A stretch of 59,701 nucleotides of DNA from Gaiellales bacterium (GTDB taxonomy: Bacteria; Actinomycetota; Thermoleophilia; Gaiellales; JAICJC01), in NCBI GenBank assembly GCA_036273335.1, contig DASUHT010000060.1:1-59701 (forward strand), written 5' to 3'. Both the position numbers and the translations under genes were made by a program. Below, piece by piece: positions 9,134 through 17,964 of this stretch. Every line of letters begins with the position of its first letter. Positions within the stretch are counted from its first letter, which is position 1. The notes below the pieces were generated by a model, which was given only the letters and a program-made list of their open reading frames with translations, ran no database searches and was not told the origin of the DNA.

Positions 9134-9589
9134 CTAGTCGTCCTCGCCGGCATTCTTCGGTGGCGGTGCAAAGGCGTAGAACCGGCAGAGCACGCGCTCG
9201 CCCGAGACCTGCGGGTGGCGGATCGGGCGAGTGCGGGCGACCCACCACAGGCGGTGCCCGCCGTCGATCCTGAGCGAGCGTGGGTGACGCCGGTCGGGGA
9301 TGACGCCAGAGCCGATCATGCTCCAGCGCCGGTGGCCGAGCCCGCCATGACCCTGGGGAATCTCGACGGTGTACTCCGCACCAACCGTGAACGACACCGC
9401 CCAGCCGTTGGGATTGGTCAGCGTCGCCATCGCGATGACCCGGTTCGAGCGGCGGTCGTAGTGGCAGCGGGCGTAGCGGATCGCCGCGTCGCGGCTCGCC
9501 CCGTGGTGGTCGGTCAAGGCGGTGGCAACCGCCGCCAGCCCCAGCGAGATTGCGGCCACCGCGACCACCGTGACAAGGACGCGCCGCAC
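9134..9589 (-). CDS. Hypothetical secreted or membrane-anchored protein
   Basis: N-terminal hydrophobic segment 'MRRVLVTVVAVAAISLGLAAVATA' with coding-like G+C at third positions. No family recognised. Confidence 0.5.
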   Translation of the reverse strand: MRRVLVTVVAVAAISLGLAAVATALTDHHGASRDAAIRYARCHYDRRSNRVIAMATLTNPNGWAVSFTVGAEYTVEIPQGHGGLGHRRWSMIGSGVIPDRRHPRSLRIDGGHRLWWVARTRPIRHPQVSGERVLCRFYAFAPPPKNAGEDD

Positions 9590-9617
9590 GGATCCAGCAT
9601 ATGGGTGCGGCCGAGCG

Positions 9618-10754
9618 CTACGGCGTCAGGTCGTACGGATACCGGGTCAGCGTCTCGCTGCCGTCCGCGGTGACCAGCAGCAGGTCTTCCAGGCGCACCT
9701 CGCCGATGTCGGGCTGCCAGAGGCCCGGCTCCATCGCGATCACATCTCCGGCGACCAGCTCCTCCCGGCCCGTCATGCCGAGCGCCGGTCCCTCGTGCAC
9801 TTCCAGGCCGACGCCGTGTCCGAGCGAGAACTGGAACCCCGCATTGGCGTCGTCGCCGGGGCCGGTGCGCTGCGTCCGGTGCCCGGCTGCCTCGAACACG
9901 TCGCAGGCCATCGCGTGCAGCTCGCGGCCGGTGATGCCGGGGCGGACGGCCGCCCGCGCCCGCTCCAGCGCATCCCGAACCAGCGCCTCCAGGTCGCGCA
10001 CGGCGGCCGGCACCTCGCCGACGACGAACGTCCGCGTCATGTCTGCCCAGCAGCCGGATTCTTCGTCCTGAGGCCACAGGTCGATGACGATCGGCAGGTC
10101 GGGGGGAAGCGGGCCCGAGCCCGGGTCGTGACCGTACCCCTGGCGCACCGAGGAAACGATCACGTCCGGCGGCGCGGGCGCTCCGTGCTCGCGGCAGGCG
10201 TCGCGGAGGACGGCCCGGACCGATTCCGCCGTGACGAGATCGCCCGCGGCCAGCACGCGGTCGCCGTCGGGCCGCGCGTCGGCGAGCAGCGCCGCCGCCG
10301 CGCCCATCCCCGCCTCGGCAGCGACCTGCGCGCGCCGGATCCCGGCCAGCTCCGCGTCCGATTTCTGCCGCCGCAGCGCGGCGATCGCGCGCTGGTCGGG
10401 CTGGATCGTGATGCCGTCCGCGCGCAGGCGGTCGGCCACCGCAACCGGAAACTCCGGGTCGGCGATCGCGGACCGGATCCCGATCTCTGCGGCCGCCCGC
10501 GAGGCGAGCTCCAGATCGATCTCGTGGAAGCTCATCCCGCGCTCCATCAACTCGCGCAGGCCGAGGTCCTCGATGTCGTGGAGCACCGCGTCGGGGGCGG
10601 TCGCCGCCACCCGCTCCCGTTCCAGGCTGTTCACCATGACGTGCGTGCGCCCGTCGACGATGGCGAGCAGGAACCCGTCGATGATCTCGATCGGCAGCTC
10701 GTGGCGCATTGCCGCCGAGCGCTTGGTGTCGCCGTAGAACAGGAAGTCGACCAT
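9618..10754 (-). CDS. M24 family metallopeptidase (Xaa-Pro aminopeptidase/creatinase-like)
   Basis: A creatinase-like N-domain is followed by a pita-bread domain: '...DMTRTFVVG...FQFSLGHGVGLEVHEGP...GDVIAMEPGLW'. Confidence 0.85.
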   Translation of the reverse strand: MVDFLFYGDTKRSAAMRHELPIEIIDGFLLAIVDGRTHVMVNSLERERVAATAPDAVLHDIEDLGLRELMERGMSFHEIDLELASRAAAEIGIRSAIADPEFPVAVADRLRADGITIQPDQRAIAALRRQKSDAELAGIRRAQVAAEAGMGAAAALLADARPDGDRVLAAGDLVTAESVRAVLRDACREHGAPAPPDVIVSSVRQGYGHDPGSGPLPPDLPIVIDLWPQDEESGCWADMTRTFVVGEVPAAVRDLEALVRDALERARAAVRPGITGRELHAMACDVFEAAGHRTQRTGPGDDANAGFQFSLGHGVGLEVHEGPALGMTGREELVAGDVIAMEPGLWQPDIGEVRLEDLLLVTADGSETLTRYPYDLTP

Positions 10755-10980
10755 GACCTTCGGCGAAGCCTAAACGTGGGCAGACCATCGCCGCCGCGTT
10801 GGTCGGCTCCAGGGAGAGGAGCGGCGGCGATGGAGAACTGCAGCGGCCTTACCCGGGCCGGGGGTACTGCCGCACCGGTGCGGTACCCAGACAACGGCCC
10901 CGGCAAACCGAAAATGGGTGAATGTCACCATCCGGTGAATCCGCTGGCGGCTGTCGGAAGCGCGCCGGTACACTCGGACG

Positions 10981-11310
10981 ATGGCAGCGGTCGATGCACC
11001 CGGCCTGGAGTGCACGTGGTCGATCCAGGTGCGCCATGACCCGTCGGAGGAGCCGCCCGAGGTGAAACGTCTGGTGGACGCCTCCGTGCCCTGGCTGCGT
11101 GCCCTGGAGCAGGCCGGGTACCGCGCGTTCAACGTCTACCCGTCGCACTACGAGCCGCCGCTCGCCGAGCCGGCGCTCGAGGCGGTCTGCCGCCTGCGGG
11201 CGCTTCGCGTGACGTCGGGAATCGCCCGCGACACCGCTCCCGGGGCCGGAGCCCGCGTCGACGTGTCGGTGTCGGTGCTCGATCGGAGCGGCGAGCTTCG
11301 CTCGGCCTGA
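10981..11310 (+). CDS. Hypothetical protein
   Basis: ATG start and strongly G/C-biased third positions throughout. No recognisable motif. Confidence 0.45.
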   Translation: MAAVDAPGLECTWSIQVRHDPSEEPPEVKRLVDASVPWLRALEQAGYRAFNVYPSHYEPPLAEPALEAVCRLRALRVTSGIARDTAPGAGARVDVSVSVLDRSGELRSA

Positions 11311-11322
11311 GCCGGCGGCGCT

Positions 11323-11853
11323 TCACGGACGGTGATAGCGGCGAACCGCGGGGAACCTCCCGTGCATGTCGTCGACAATGCCGACGTCGGCGTAGCCGGC
11401 CTTGACGGCGACTCGCTGCGAGGCGTGGTTCTCGAGCGCGGTCTCGAGCACGATCGAGCGCAGCCCGAGCGCCTGCAGGCCGTACTCCGAGAGCAGGCGG
11501 AGCGCGGTCGTCGCGGCGCCGCGTCCGCGCGCCCACGGTGCGACCCAGTAGCCGATCCGGGCAGTGGCGGCGTTCCAGTCGAACGTCGTCAGCGCGATCG
11601 CTCCGGCGAGACCGATCTCATCGAGGTCGATCGCAAGATCGAGGCCGGTGCCGTCCGTGCGCAGGCTGCCGTGCGCGGCAATCCAGCCCGCGGCATCGGC
11701 ACGCCTGTACGGGGATGGCAGGGTGGCGGTGAACCGGCCGATCTCCTCGTCCTGGCACGCCTCGTAGACCCGCTCGACATCCTCGTCCGCAAATGGCCGC
11801 AGCGTCACGGGCGGATCCGCGAGCGGCGGATCCGGAAGCGGGATGGAGGGCAC
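11323..11853 (-). CDS. GNAT family N-acetyltransferase (RimJ/RimL-like)
   Basis: 'LRPFADEDVERVYEA...IGYWVAPWARGRGAATTALRLL...LENHASQRVAVKAGY'. GTG start. Confidence 0.8.
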   Translation of the reverse strand: MPSIPLPDPPLADPPVTLRPFADEDVERVYEACQDEEIGRFTATLPSPYRRADAAGWIAAHGSLRTDGTGLDLAIDLDEIGLAGAIALTTFDWNAATARIGYWVAPWARGRGAATTALRLLSEYGLQALGLRSIVLETALENHASQRVAVKAGYADVGIVDDMHGRFPAVRRYHRP

Positions 11854-11863
11854 CCTGTGTCCC

Positions 11864-13780
11864 TCAGTAGAGGCCGCTGGCCTGGCGCGCGAATGCGAGC
11901 GGGCTGGTGGCGGTCAGGTCGATGGCCGGCTCCACGGTCGACCACGACTGCACGTTGTCCTTGAAACGCGCGGTCGCCGAGTTGAACCGCGCGTAGGCGT
12001 CGCCGCCGCCGGCCGGGCAGCGGCGCATGCCGTTCACGAACCCGCTGGACCGGGTGCGGTTCGGCCCCTCAACGACCGCGCCGGCCAGGATCGGCGGCGA
12101 GCCGTCGAGCGAGCCGACGATGTTTGCGACCTGGTGCTGCATGCAGTCGGGGAAACTGGTTCCGTCGCCCACCGCGAGCGACACGCCCCAGGCGTTTGCG
12201 CCCAGCACGTTGGCGATCCAGCGTCCGCTCGCGGCTGCGTAGCGGTGGCTGTGCGTCAGCTGGTCGTACTCGCTCGCCATCACCGAGAGGCCGAAGCCGT
12301 GCGAGGCGGTGTCGAAGGTGTCCCACGGGAACCCGAAGCCGAATGGGTCGCCGGCGCCCTGGGCGAGCGCGCCGTCGAGTTGCTTTCGCAGGTCGGCGAG
12401 GAGCGCGCCGCGCGTCACCTGCAGGCCGCGGGGGTGGCCGGACATCGTGATCGCCCGGTACAGGTCATAGTGAGCAAACCCGCTCACGTCGTACAGGTTG
12501 AGGGTGTCGGCGGCGTCGTTCGGGCCGGTGATGTACGCGTGCGCCCAGTGCGCCGCCTGGCGCAGGTAGAAGCGCGAGCGGGTGTGGGGGAGATGGCCGG
12601 GCAGCCGGCCATGCGCGGTCGCCAGCGCCAGCTCGGTGGCGCCCAGCTCGAGGTCGTCACGCCACTCGACCTCGGGATAGAAGTCGAACGGCAGCACCGT
12701 CAGCAGGTCGCCGTGGGGGGTGGTGTCGGCCAGCGCGAAGATGTGCTCTGCCGCCCGCAGGCAGTGCGCCGCGAAGCGCGGGTCTGACCTTCGGTAGACC
12801 TGGAAGGCCAGCGCCAGCGCAGCGGCGTCGCGTCCGGCCAGGTTGGGGCTGATCGGCGAGCCGGAAGGGCCGGCGCGGAAGACCGGACGGTGGCGGATGT
12901 AGCGGTCGGCGGGGTCGGAGGGGTGATAGTGGTCATCGGCCTGGGGGAGGCGCCAGATGTCGTGATCGCCGATGATCTGATCGTTTCCCTCGCCGATCCC
13001 GACCTGGTAGTAGAGGGTTCGCGTCCGGCCGTCCCACATGTGCAACAGCCAGCGCGCCCCGAACTTCGCCTCGGCGCCGAAGTCCGAGGGCCCGGCCGCC
13101 GCGCCCAGCCGGCGGGGGAAGTCGCGGACGCCCGCCAGCAGCATCGCGTCGGTGTAGCTGGTCGTCTCGACGAACTTCAGATAGTCGCCCGCGTCCCACC
13201 AGCCGCCGGCGGCGTCGATGCGCTTGCCGAGCGGCGTCAGGTCGCCGTCGAAGTCGGTGTTCGGGTCGACGGCGGGCGTCAGGTACGTCATCGCGTGCTC
13301 GTCGTTCAGATGCGCCGGGGCGGTGCGCAGCGGCGAGCGGATGAAGTCCGGGCCGTCGCGCTCGTCCTGGTAGAACGAGAGCGCGTTTCGAAGCGCCTGC
13401 CCATAGACGCGGCGGCCGCTTGCGACCACGAACGCCGGCGAGGTCGCCCCGGCGGCCACGATCGTGTAGGTGCCCGCCGCGCGCACCCCGAAGTCGATCG
13501 GGTAGACGTGCGGGAAGCCGCTGCTCCAGGCGCCGAGATCGCCGCCGACCCGACCGGAGGCGAGCGTCCGGTCGGCCGCGTTTCGGACGGTGAAGGTCGC
13601 GCCGGCGGCAGGGGTCGCGGACATCAGATAGGCGCGCTTGACCGCGCCGGACGGGTAGCCGAGCTGGTTCACACGCACGAACGCCGCCGTGCTCGCGGCC
13701 GGCGTTGCCGCCGCCGCGCCGGTGCCGGAGAGCCCGCAGATCGCGACGAGCGCCATGCCCACTGCGACCGGTCTGCGCAT
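11864..13780 (-). CDS. Glycoside hydrolase family 9 (endoglucanase-like) with N-terminal Ig-like domain and signal peptide
   Basis: 'GGWWDAGDYLKFVETTSY' is the GH9 signature, with catalytic-region motifs further on. Signal-like 'MRRPVAVGMALVAICGLSGTGAAAA'. The ATG at 13780 has GAGAGG upstream (alternative GTG at 13789). Confidence 0.85.
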   Translation of the reverse strand: MRRPVAVGMALVAICGLSGTGAAAATPAASTAAFVRVNQLGYPSGAVKRAYLMSATPAAGATFTVRNAADRTLASGRVGGDLGAWSSGFPHVYPIDFGVRAAGTYTIVAAGATSPAFVVASGRRVYGQALRNALSFYQDERDGPDFIRSPLRTAPAHLNDEHAMTYLTPAVDPNTDFDGDLTPLGKRIDAAGGWWDAGDYLKFVETTSYTDAMLLAGVRDFPRRLGAAAGPSDFGAEAKFGARWLLHMWDGRTRTLYYQVGIGEGNDQIIGDHDIWRLPQADDHYHPSDPADRYIRHRPVFRAGPSGSPISPNLAGRDAAALALAFQVYRRSDPRFAAHCLRAAEHIFALADTTPHGDLLTVLPFDFYPEVEWRDDLELGATELALATAHGRLPGHLPHTRSRFYLRQAAHWAHAYITGPNDAADTLNLYDVSGFAHYDLYRAITMSGHPRGLQVTRGALLADLRKQLDGALAQGAGDPFGFGFPWDTFDTASHGFGLSVMASEYDQLTHSHRYAAASGRWIANVLGANAWGVSLAVGDGTSFPDCMQHQVANIVGSLDGSPPILAGAVVEGPNRTRSSGFVNGMRRCPAGGGDAYARFNSATARFKDNVQSWSTVEPAIDLTATSPLAFARQASGLY

Positions 13781-13810
13781 GCCTCTCACTGCAATCCCCC
13801 TGCAGATGAG

Positions 13811-13827
13811 TTAGGAAAGTTTCCTAA
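13811..13827. promoter_or_regulatory. Perfect 8-1-8 palindrome TTAGGAAA-G-TTTCCTAA in the 49-bp gap upstream of the GH9 gene (candidate operator)
   Basis: Read directly from the sequence. It is AT-rich in a GC-rich context and lies 31 nt upstream of the GH9 ATG. Confidence 0.5.
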
Positions 13828-13838
13828 CACGGGCGAGG

Positions 13839-14267
13839 CTACCGCGGCGCAGGCGCCGGGTCAAGAGACGCCGCCTCCGGCGCGATCACCGTCGCCTCGC
13901 CGTCCACGACCTGGGTCTCGCCGACCCAGGCGCGGGTGGCCAGGACAACCCGGCGTCGCCGCGGTTCGAGGGCGGTCACCTCGACCTCGCAGCGGACGCG
14001 GTCGCCGGGTCGAACGGGAGCCAGGAAGCGGAGCGTCTGGCCCAGGTAGACGGTGCCCGGCCCGGGTAGGTCGTTGCCGAGGATCGCGGAAAGGAACGAC
14101 GCGGTCAGCATGCCGTGGGCGATCCGACCGCCGAACCGGGTCGAGGCGGCGTAGCGGTCGTCGAAGTGCACCGGGTTGCGGTCGCCGGAGGCGCTGCCGA
14201 ACGCCTCGATGACCGCGTCCTCGGCTGCGAACTCACGCTGGAAGCGGTCTCCGACGGCGATGCTCAC
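13839..14267 (-). CDS. MaoC-like (R)-specific enoyl-CoA hydratase/dehydratase (hotdog fold)
   Basis: 'FGSASGDRNPVHFDDRYAASTRFGGRIAHGMLTASF' is the MaoC signature. The GTG start at 14267 overlaps the upstream stop (GTGA). The rest of the 359-aa track ORF is an out-of-frame artefact. Confidence 0.8.
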   Translation of the reverse strand: MSIAVGDRFQREFAAEDAVIEAFGSASGDRNPVHFDDRYAASTRFGGRIAHGMLTASFLSAILGNDLPGPGTVYLGQTLRFLAPVRPGDRVRCEVEVTALEPRRRRVVLATRAWVGETQVVDGEATVIAPEAASLDPAPAPR

Positions 14268-15007
14268 ATGTACAGCCCACCGTTCACGTCCAGGCAGGTG
14301 CCGGTGATGTAGGCGCCGTCGCGGACCAGGTAGACGACGCCGCGGGCGATCTCGTCGGGATCGCCGAAGCGGCCCAGCGGGACGCGGGCGAGCAGCCGCT
14401 CGCGGATGTGGTCGGGCACCCCGCGCAGCATGTCGGTGTCGATGAACCCCGGGCAGACGCAGTTCACGGTCACCCCGAAGCGGGCCACCTCGTAGGCCAG
14501 CGTCTTCGTCCAGGAGATCAGCCCGCCCTTGCTGGCGGCATAGTTGGCCTGCCCGTAGTTCCCGAGCTGGGCGACGAAGCTGGCGATCGTGACGATGCGG
14601 CCGTGGCCGGCCTCGCAGAGGTGGTCGAGCACCGCTTTCGTCACCCGGTGGGTGCCGACCAGGTTCGTCTCGATGATCTCGGTGAAGTCGGCGTCGCTCA
14701 TCTTGCGCACCGTCACGTCGCGGGTGATGCCGGCGTTGTTGACGAGGATGTCGATGCGGCCGAACTGCTCCAGGGCCGCCGCCGCCAGTGACGGCCCGGT
14801 GGCCGGGTCGGCGATCGATCCGCCGACGGCGACCGCCTGCCCGGCGCCCGCCCGGATCGCCGCCGCCAGCTCGTCCGCAGCCCGCCTCGAGGCGTGGTAG
14901 TTCACGACCAGCGCACACCCCTCGCCGGCCAGCCGCTCGCAGATCGCCCGGCCGATTCCGCGGCCACCGCCGGTGACGATCGCCACCTGCCCCGCCAGCT
15001 CGCTCAT
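14264..15007 (-). CDS. SDR, 3-oxoacyl-[ACP/CoA] reductase (FabG-like)
   Basis: 'VAIVTGGGRGIGRAI...NNAG...YAASKGG' gives the TGxxxGxG, NNAG and YxxxK motifs. Confidence 0.85.
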   Translation of the reverse strand: MSELAGQVAIVTGGGRGIGRAICERLAGEGCALVVNYHASRRAADELAAAIRAGAGQAVAVGGSIADPATGPSLAAAALEQFGRIDILVNNAGITRDVTVRKMSDADFTEIIETNLVGTHRVTKAVLDHLCEAGHGRIVTIASFVAQLGNYGQANYAASKGGLISWTKTLAYEVARFGVTVNCVCPGFIDTDMLRGVPDHIRERLLARVPLGRFGDPDEIARGVVYLVRDGAYITGTCLDVNGGLYM

Positions 15008-15017
15008 CGCCCCGATG

Positions 15018-16133
15018 CTAGCCCACGTCGGGGGAGCCGAAAACCGGCCAGAATCCGCTCACCGCCTGCCGCGTCGCGGCGACCGCCGAATCGCCCAGTC
15101 CGGGCGGGTCGGGCAGGAAGGCCAGCGGGTCGTCGACGCGGGTCTCGGCGCCCAGGACGCCGGCGACGGTCGCCAGCAGGCAGAGGCCGGAGTAGGTGCG
15201 CCCGTAGCCGCCCTCCTGGACGAGCAGGAGGCGCCCCGCGCAGCACTCGCCGGCCAGGCGCCGGGCGGCGCGCCCGAGCGCGTGGAAGCCGGCCATGGTC
15301 ACGCACTGGCGGCCGTTCGGGTCGTACTGGCTCGCGTCCTGGCCGCAGGTCACGATCAGTAGGCCGGGGTCGAACTCGCGCACCAGCGGCTCCACGACCG
15401 TGTCCATCGCCGCCAGGTAGGCCTCGTCGCCGACGCCCATCGGGAACGCCACATTGACGTTGAATCCGGCACCGTCGGCGCGTCCGACCTCCTCCGGCAG
15501 CCCCGACTGGGGGTGGTCGGCGCCCCACGAGCGGTGGTCCATGTGCAGCGACACGGTGAGCACGTCGGCGCGCTCGTAGAAGCACTCCTGGGTGCCGTTG
15601 CCGTGATGGACGTCCCAGTCCACGATCGCGATCCGCTCGACGCCCCGGCGCCGCGCCAGCTCGGCGGCCAGCGCCGCGTTGGCGAACAGGCAGTAGCCGT
15701 CCGGCCGGTCTGGCTGGGCGTGGTGGCCGGGCGGGCGGACGAGCGCGTAGGCGGTCGTGCACTCGCCGGCCAGCACCGCCTCGGCAGCGGCGAGCGTCGT
15801 TCCGGCGGCGGCCAGCGCCGCCTGCCAGGAGGCGGGGACGACCGGCGTCGAAGCGGTCAGGAAGCCGCCGCCGGCGGCGCAGAAGTCGCGCACCCGGTCG
15901 ATGTGCTCGGCGTGATGGATCATCGCCAGCTCGGCCTCGCTGGCGTGCCGACCTGGATGCCACTCGAGCGCTCCCGCCAGCGGGCCGCGCTCCAGCGCCG
16001 AGCGCATGTTGCGCACCCGCTCGACGTTCTCGGGATGCAGCTCGGGGACCGCGATCAGCGGCGACGGACCGGAGCCGAAGACGCCCGTCCCGGTGTCGTG
16101 GAGGAGGCAGTCGTCGTGCCAGTAGACGCGCAT
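15018..16133 (-). CDS. Histone deacetylase-family amidohydrolase (acetoin utilisation/acetylpolyamine amidohydrolase-like)
   Basis: 'RPPGHHAQPDRPDGYCLFANAA...IVDWDVHHGNGTQ...EGGY' are the classical zinc deacetylase motifs. Confidence 0.85.
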   Translation of the reverse strand: MRVYWHDDCLLHDTGTGVFGSGPSPLIAVPELHPENVERVRNMRSALERGPLAGALEWHPGRHASEAELAMIHHAEHIDRVRDFCAAGGGFLTASTPVVPASWQAALAAAGTTLAAAEAVLAGECTTAYALVRPPGHHAQPDRPDGYCLFANAALAAELARRRGVERIAIVDWDVHHGNGTQECFYERADVLTVSLHMDHRSWGADHPQSGLPEEVGRADGAGFNVNVAFPMGVGDEAYLAAMDTVVEPLVREFDPGLLIVTCGQDASQYDPNGRQCVTMAGFHALGRAARRLAGECCAGRLLLVQEGGYGRTYSGLCLLATVAGVLGAETRVDDPLAFLPDPPGLGDSAVAATRQAVSGFWPVFGSPDVG

Positions 16134-16165
16134 CGCGGCGCCATCTTACGGGCGCCGATCGGCCG

Positions 16166-16633
16166 TTGCCCGGTGTAGTCTCCCGGTCCGTGAGCGGCGA
16201 GAACCGGACCCCGTCGGTGTACGACTGGCAGACCAGCCTCACCTTCGCGGCCGTCGGCACGGTGCTGGCGGTGGTCCTCATCCTCGTCTTCACCGAGCTC
16301 GTGGACGTGATCGGCGACTTCTGGTCGCAGGTCGTCTACTTCGTCGCGGTGTTCGGCGGCATCATCGTGGCCGCCGCGCGCAGCCGGCGCAAGGACCAGC
16401 TGGAGCCGGCCCGCCTTTCGGCGTCGACGCCGATCACGCCGGCCGGCCTGCCCGGCCCGTTCGTGGTCACCCAGGGGCTGGGCGTGCTCGGCCTGACGAT
16501 GATCGTGCTGGGCGCGATTCTCGGCGGCGACCCGGGCATCATCTGGATCTTCGGCGGCTTCGTGCTCGTACTCGTAGGCGGCGTCGGCCTCGCCTTCTGG
16601 CTGGGCGGCATGGTCGCCGACCGGCGCCGCTAG
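16166..16633 (+). CDS. Hypothetical integral membrane protein (about 4 TM)
   Basis: Several hydrophobic helices. The start is uncertain (TTG 16166 or GTG 16190). Confidence 0.5.
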   Translation: MPGVVSRSVSGENRTPSVYDWQTSLTFAAVGTVLAVVLILVFTELVDVIGDFWSQVVYFVAVFGGIIVAAARSRRKDQLEPARLSASTPITPAGLPGPFVVTQGLGVLGLTMIVLGAILGGDPGIIWIFGGFVLVLVGGVGLAFWLGGMVADRRR

Positions 16634-16636
16634 CCG

Positions 16637-17038
16637 GTGGACGTCGTCCGGGCGGCTGGCGGGGTCGTCCGCCGCGGCGAGCGGGTGGCGGTGGTGCACC
16701 GCCCGCACCGGACCGACTGGACGCTGCCCAAGGGCAAGCTGGAGGCGGGCGAGTCGGAGCCGGAGGCGGCCCGCCGAGAGGTGGCGGAGGAGACCGGCTG
16801 GCGGGCCGAGCTCGGCGCCGACCTCGGCCTGGTCGAGTATCGCCTGCCGGACGGCCGGCCGAAGACGGTGCGCTGGTACGCGATGACGGCACTCGAGGAG
16901 GTCGGCGCACCGGCCGACGACGTCGACGAGGTGCGCTGGCTCTTGGCCGGCGAGGCCCGCGAGCTCCTGACCTACGACCTCGACCGTGGCGTTCTCGAGC
17001 GTGCGATCGCCGAAATTTCCTTGCGATGTCGCAAATAG
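16637..17038 (+). CDS. NUDIX hydrolase
   Basis: 'LPKGKLEAGESEPEAARREVAEETG' is the Nudix box GX5EX7REUXEEXGU. GTG start. Confidence 0.85.
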   Translation: MDVVRAAGGVVRRGERVAVVHRPHRTDWTLPKGKLEAGESEPEAARREVAEETGWRAELGADLGLVEYRLPDGRPKTVRWYAMTALEEVGAPADDVDEVRWLLAGEARELLTYDLDRGVLERAIAEISLRCRK

Positions 17039-17244
17039 CGGGATTTTTCGGGTTGCAGAGGGCGTCGGCGATCCGTAACGTTGCTGCTGCGCCGCTCAGG
17101 GCAGCCGAGTAGATTGAAGCCGGGCGGACGGGCAGTAGAGGCGACTCGAAGGTCCGTTCGACCGGGGGACGAAAGGCAAGCCGGGGCGGCGAATCCTTTT
17201 AAACCGTTCGGGTCGAGCCGACGCAGGAAGTAGATTGTGCTCGG

Positions 17245-17964
17245 ATGCCGACGGTGCTGATCGCCGAGGACGACCGGGTTGTCGCGAACGCCATGGCCAC
17301 GCACCTTCGCAGGGCCGGAATGGACGTGGAGGTTGTCGAGGACGGCGACAAGGCGCTGCGCAAGCTGCGCTTCGAGCGGCCGGACATCGCCGTCGTCGAC
17401 CTGATGCTGCCCGGGATCGACGGCTGGCGGATCACCGAGGAGCTGCGGGCGGCGGGGATCATGATCCCGATCATCAACGTCAGCGCCCGCGGCTCCGAGC
17501 ACGACAAGGTGCACGCGCTCCAGATCGGCGGCGACGACTACCTGGCCAAGCCGTTCGGCATGCGCGAGCTGGTTGCCCGCGTCGAGGCGGCGTTGCGCCG
17601 CACCGGCGGCCAGCCGATGGCCGCCGGTCAGCCGCGGATCGAGGTGCCGGGGCTCGTCATCGACCCCGATCTGCACCGGGCGCTGCTGGATGGCGAGGAC
17701 GCCGGCCTGACGCGGACAGAGTTTCGGCTCCTGCAGGTGCTGGCCTCCGAGCAGGGGCGGGCGCTCTCCCGCGACCAGCTGCAGCAGCGAGTGTGGGGGA
17801 CGCCCTACCGGCACCGCGACCGCACCGTCGACGTCTGCATACGCAAGCTGCGCGCCAAGCTCGACCGCCGCTCGCCGAGCTACACCTATATCCAGACGCA
17901 TCACAGTGTCGGCTACCGCTTCGAGCCGACACCCAAGGAGCCGGAGGCACTCAGCGGGTCGTGA
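17245..17964 (+). CDS. OmpR/PhoB-family response regulator
   Basis: Receiver domain 'VLIAEDD...DIAVVDLMLPGIDG' plus a winged-helix C-terminus '...TVDVCIRKLRAKL...YIQTHHSVGYRF'. Confidence 0.9.
   Translation: MPTVLIAEDDRVVANAMATHLRRAGMDVEVVEDGDKALRKLRFERPDIAVVDLMLPGIDGWRITEELRAAGIMIPIINVSARGSEHDKVHALQIGGDDYLAKPFGMRELVARVEAALRRTGGQPMAAGQPRIEVPGLVIDPDLHRALLDGEDAGLTRTEFRLLQVLASEQGRALSRDQLQQRVWGTPYRHRDRTVDVCIRKLRAKLDRRSPSYTYIQTHHSVGYRFEPTPKEPEALSGS

Noticed and set aside
10755-10980. Hairpins (for example gggtac...gtaccc at about 10863..10889) in the 226-bp divergent gap, considered as a riboswitch
   Set aside because: No conserved riboswitch core motifs recognised. Both flanking genes are of unknown regulation, so the evidence is insufficient.
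13839-14918. 359-aa ORF apparently fusing an N-terminal region to the MaoC domain
   Set aside because: Only the last 142 codons are MaoC-like. The upstream part is an alternate frame of the FabG-like gene. GTG 14267 with a GTGA overlap is the sensible start.
17108-17237. AGTAGATTG occurring twice (17108 and 17229), plus AGTAGA at 17144, upstream of the response-regulator gene, considered as possible regulator binding sites
   Set aside because: The spacing (36, 85 and 121 bp) does not fit OmpR-type tandem sites. A 9-mer repeated once in 200 bp could be chance. Kept as a note only.
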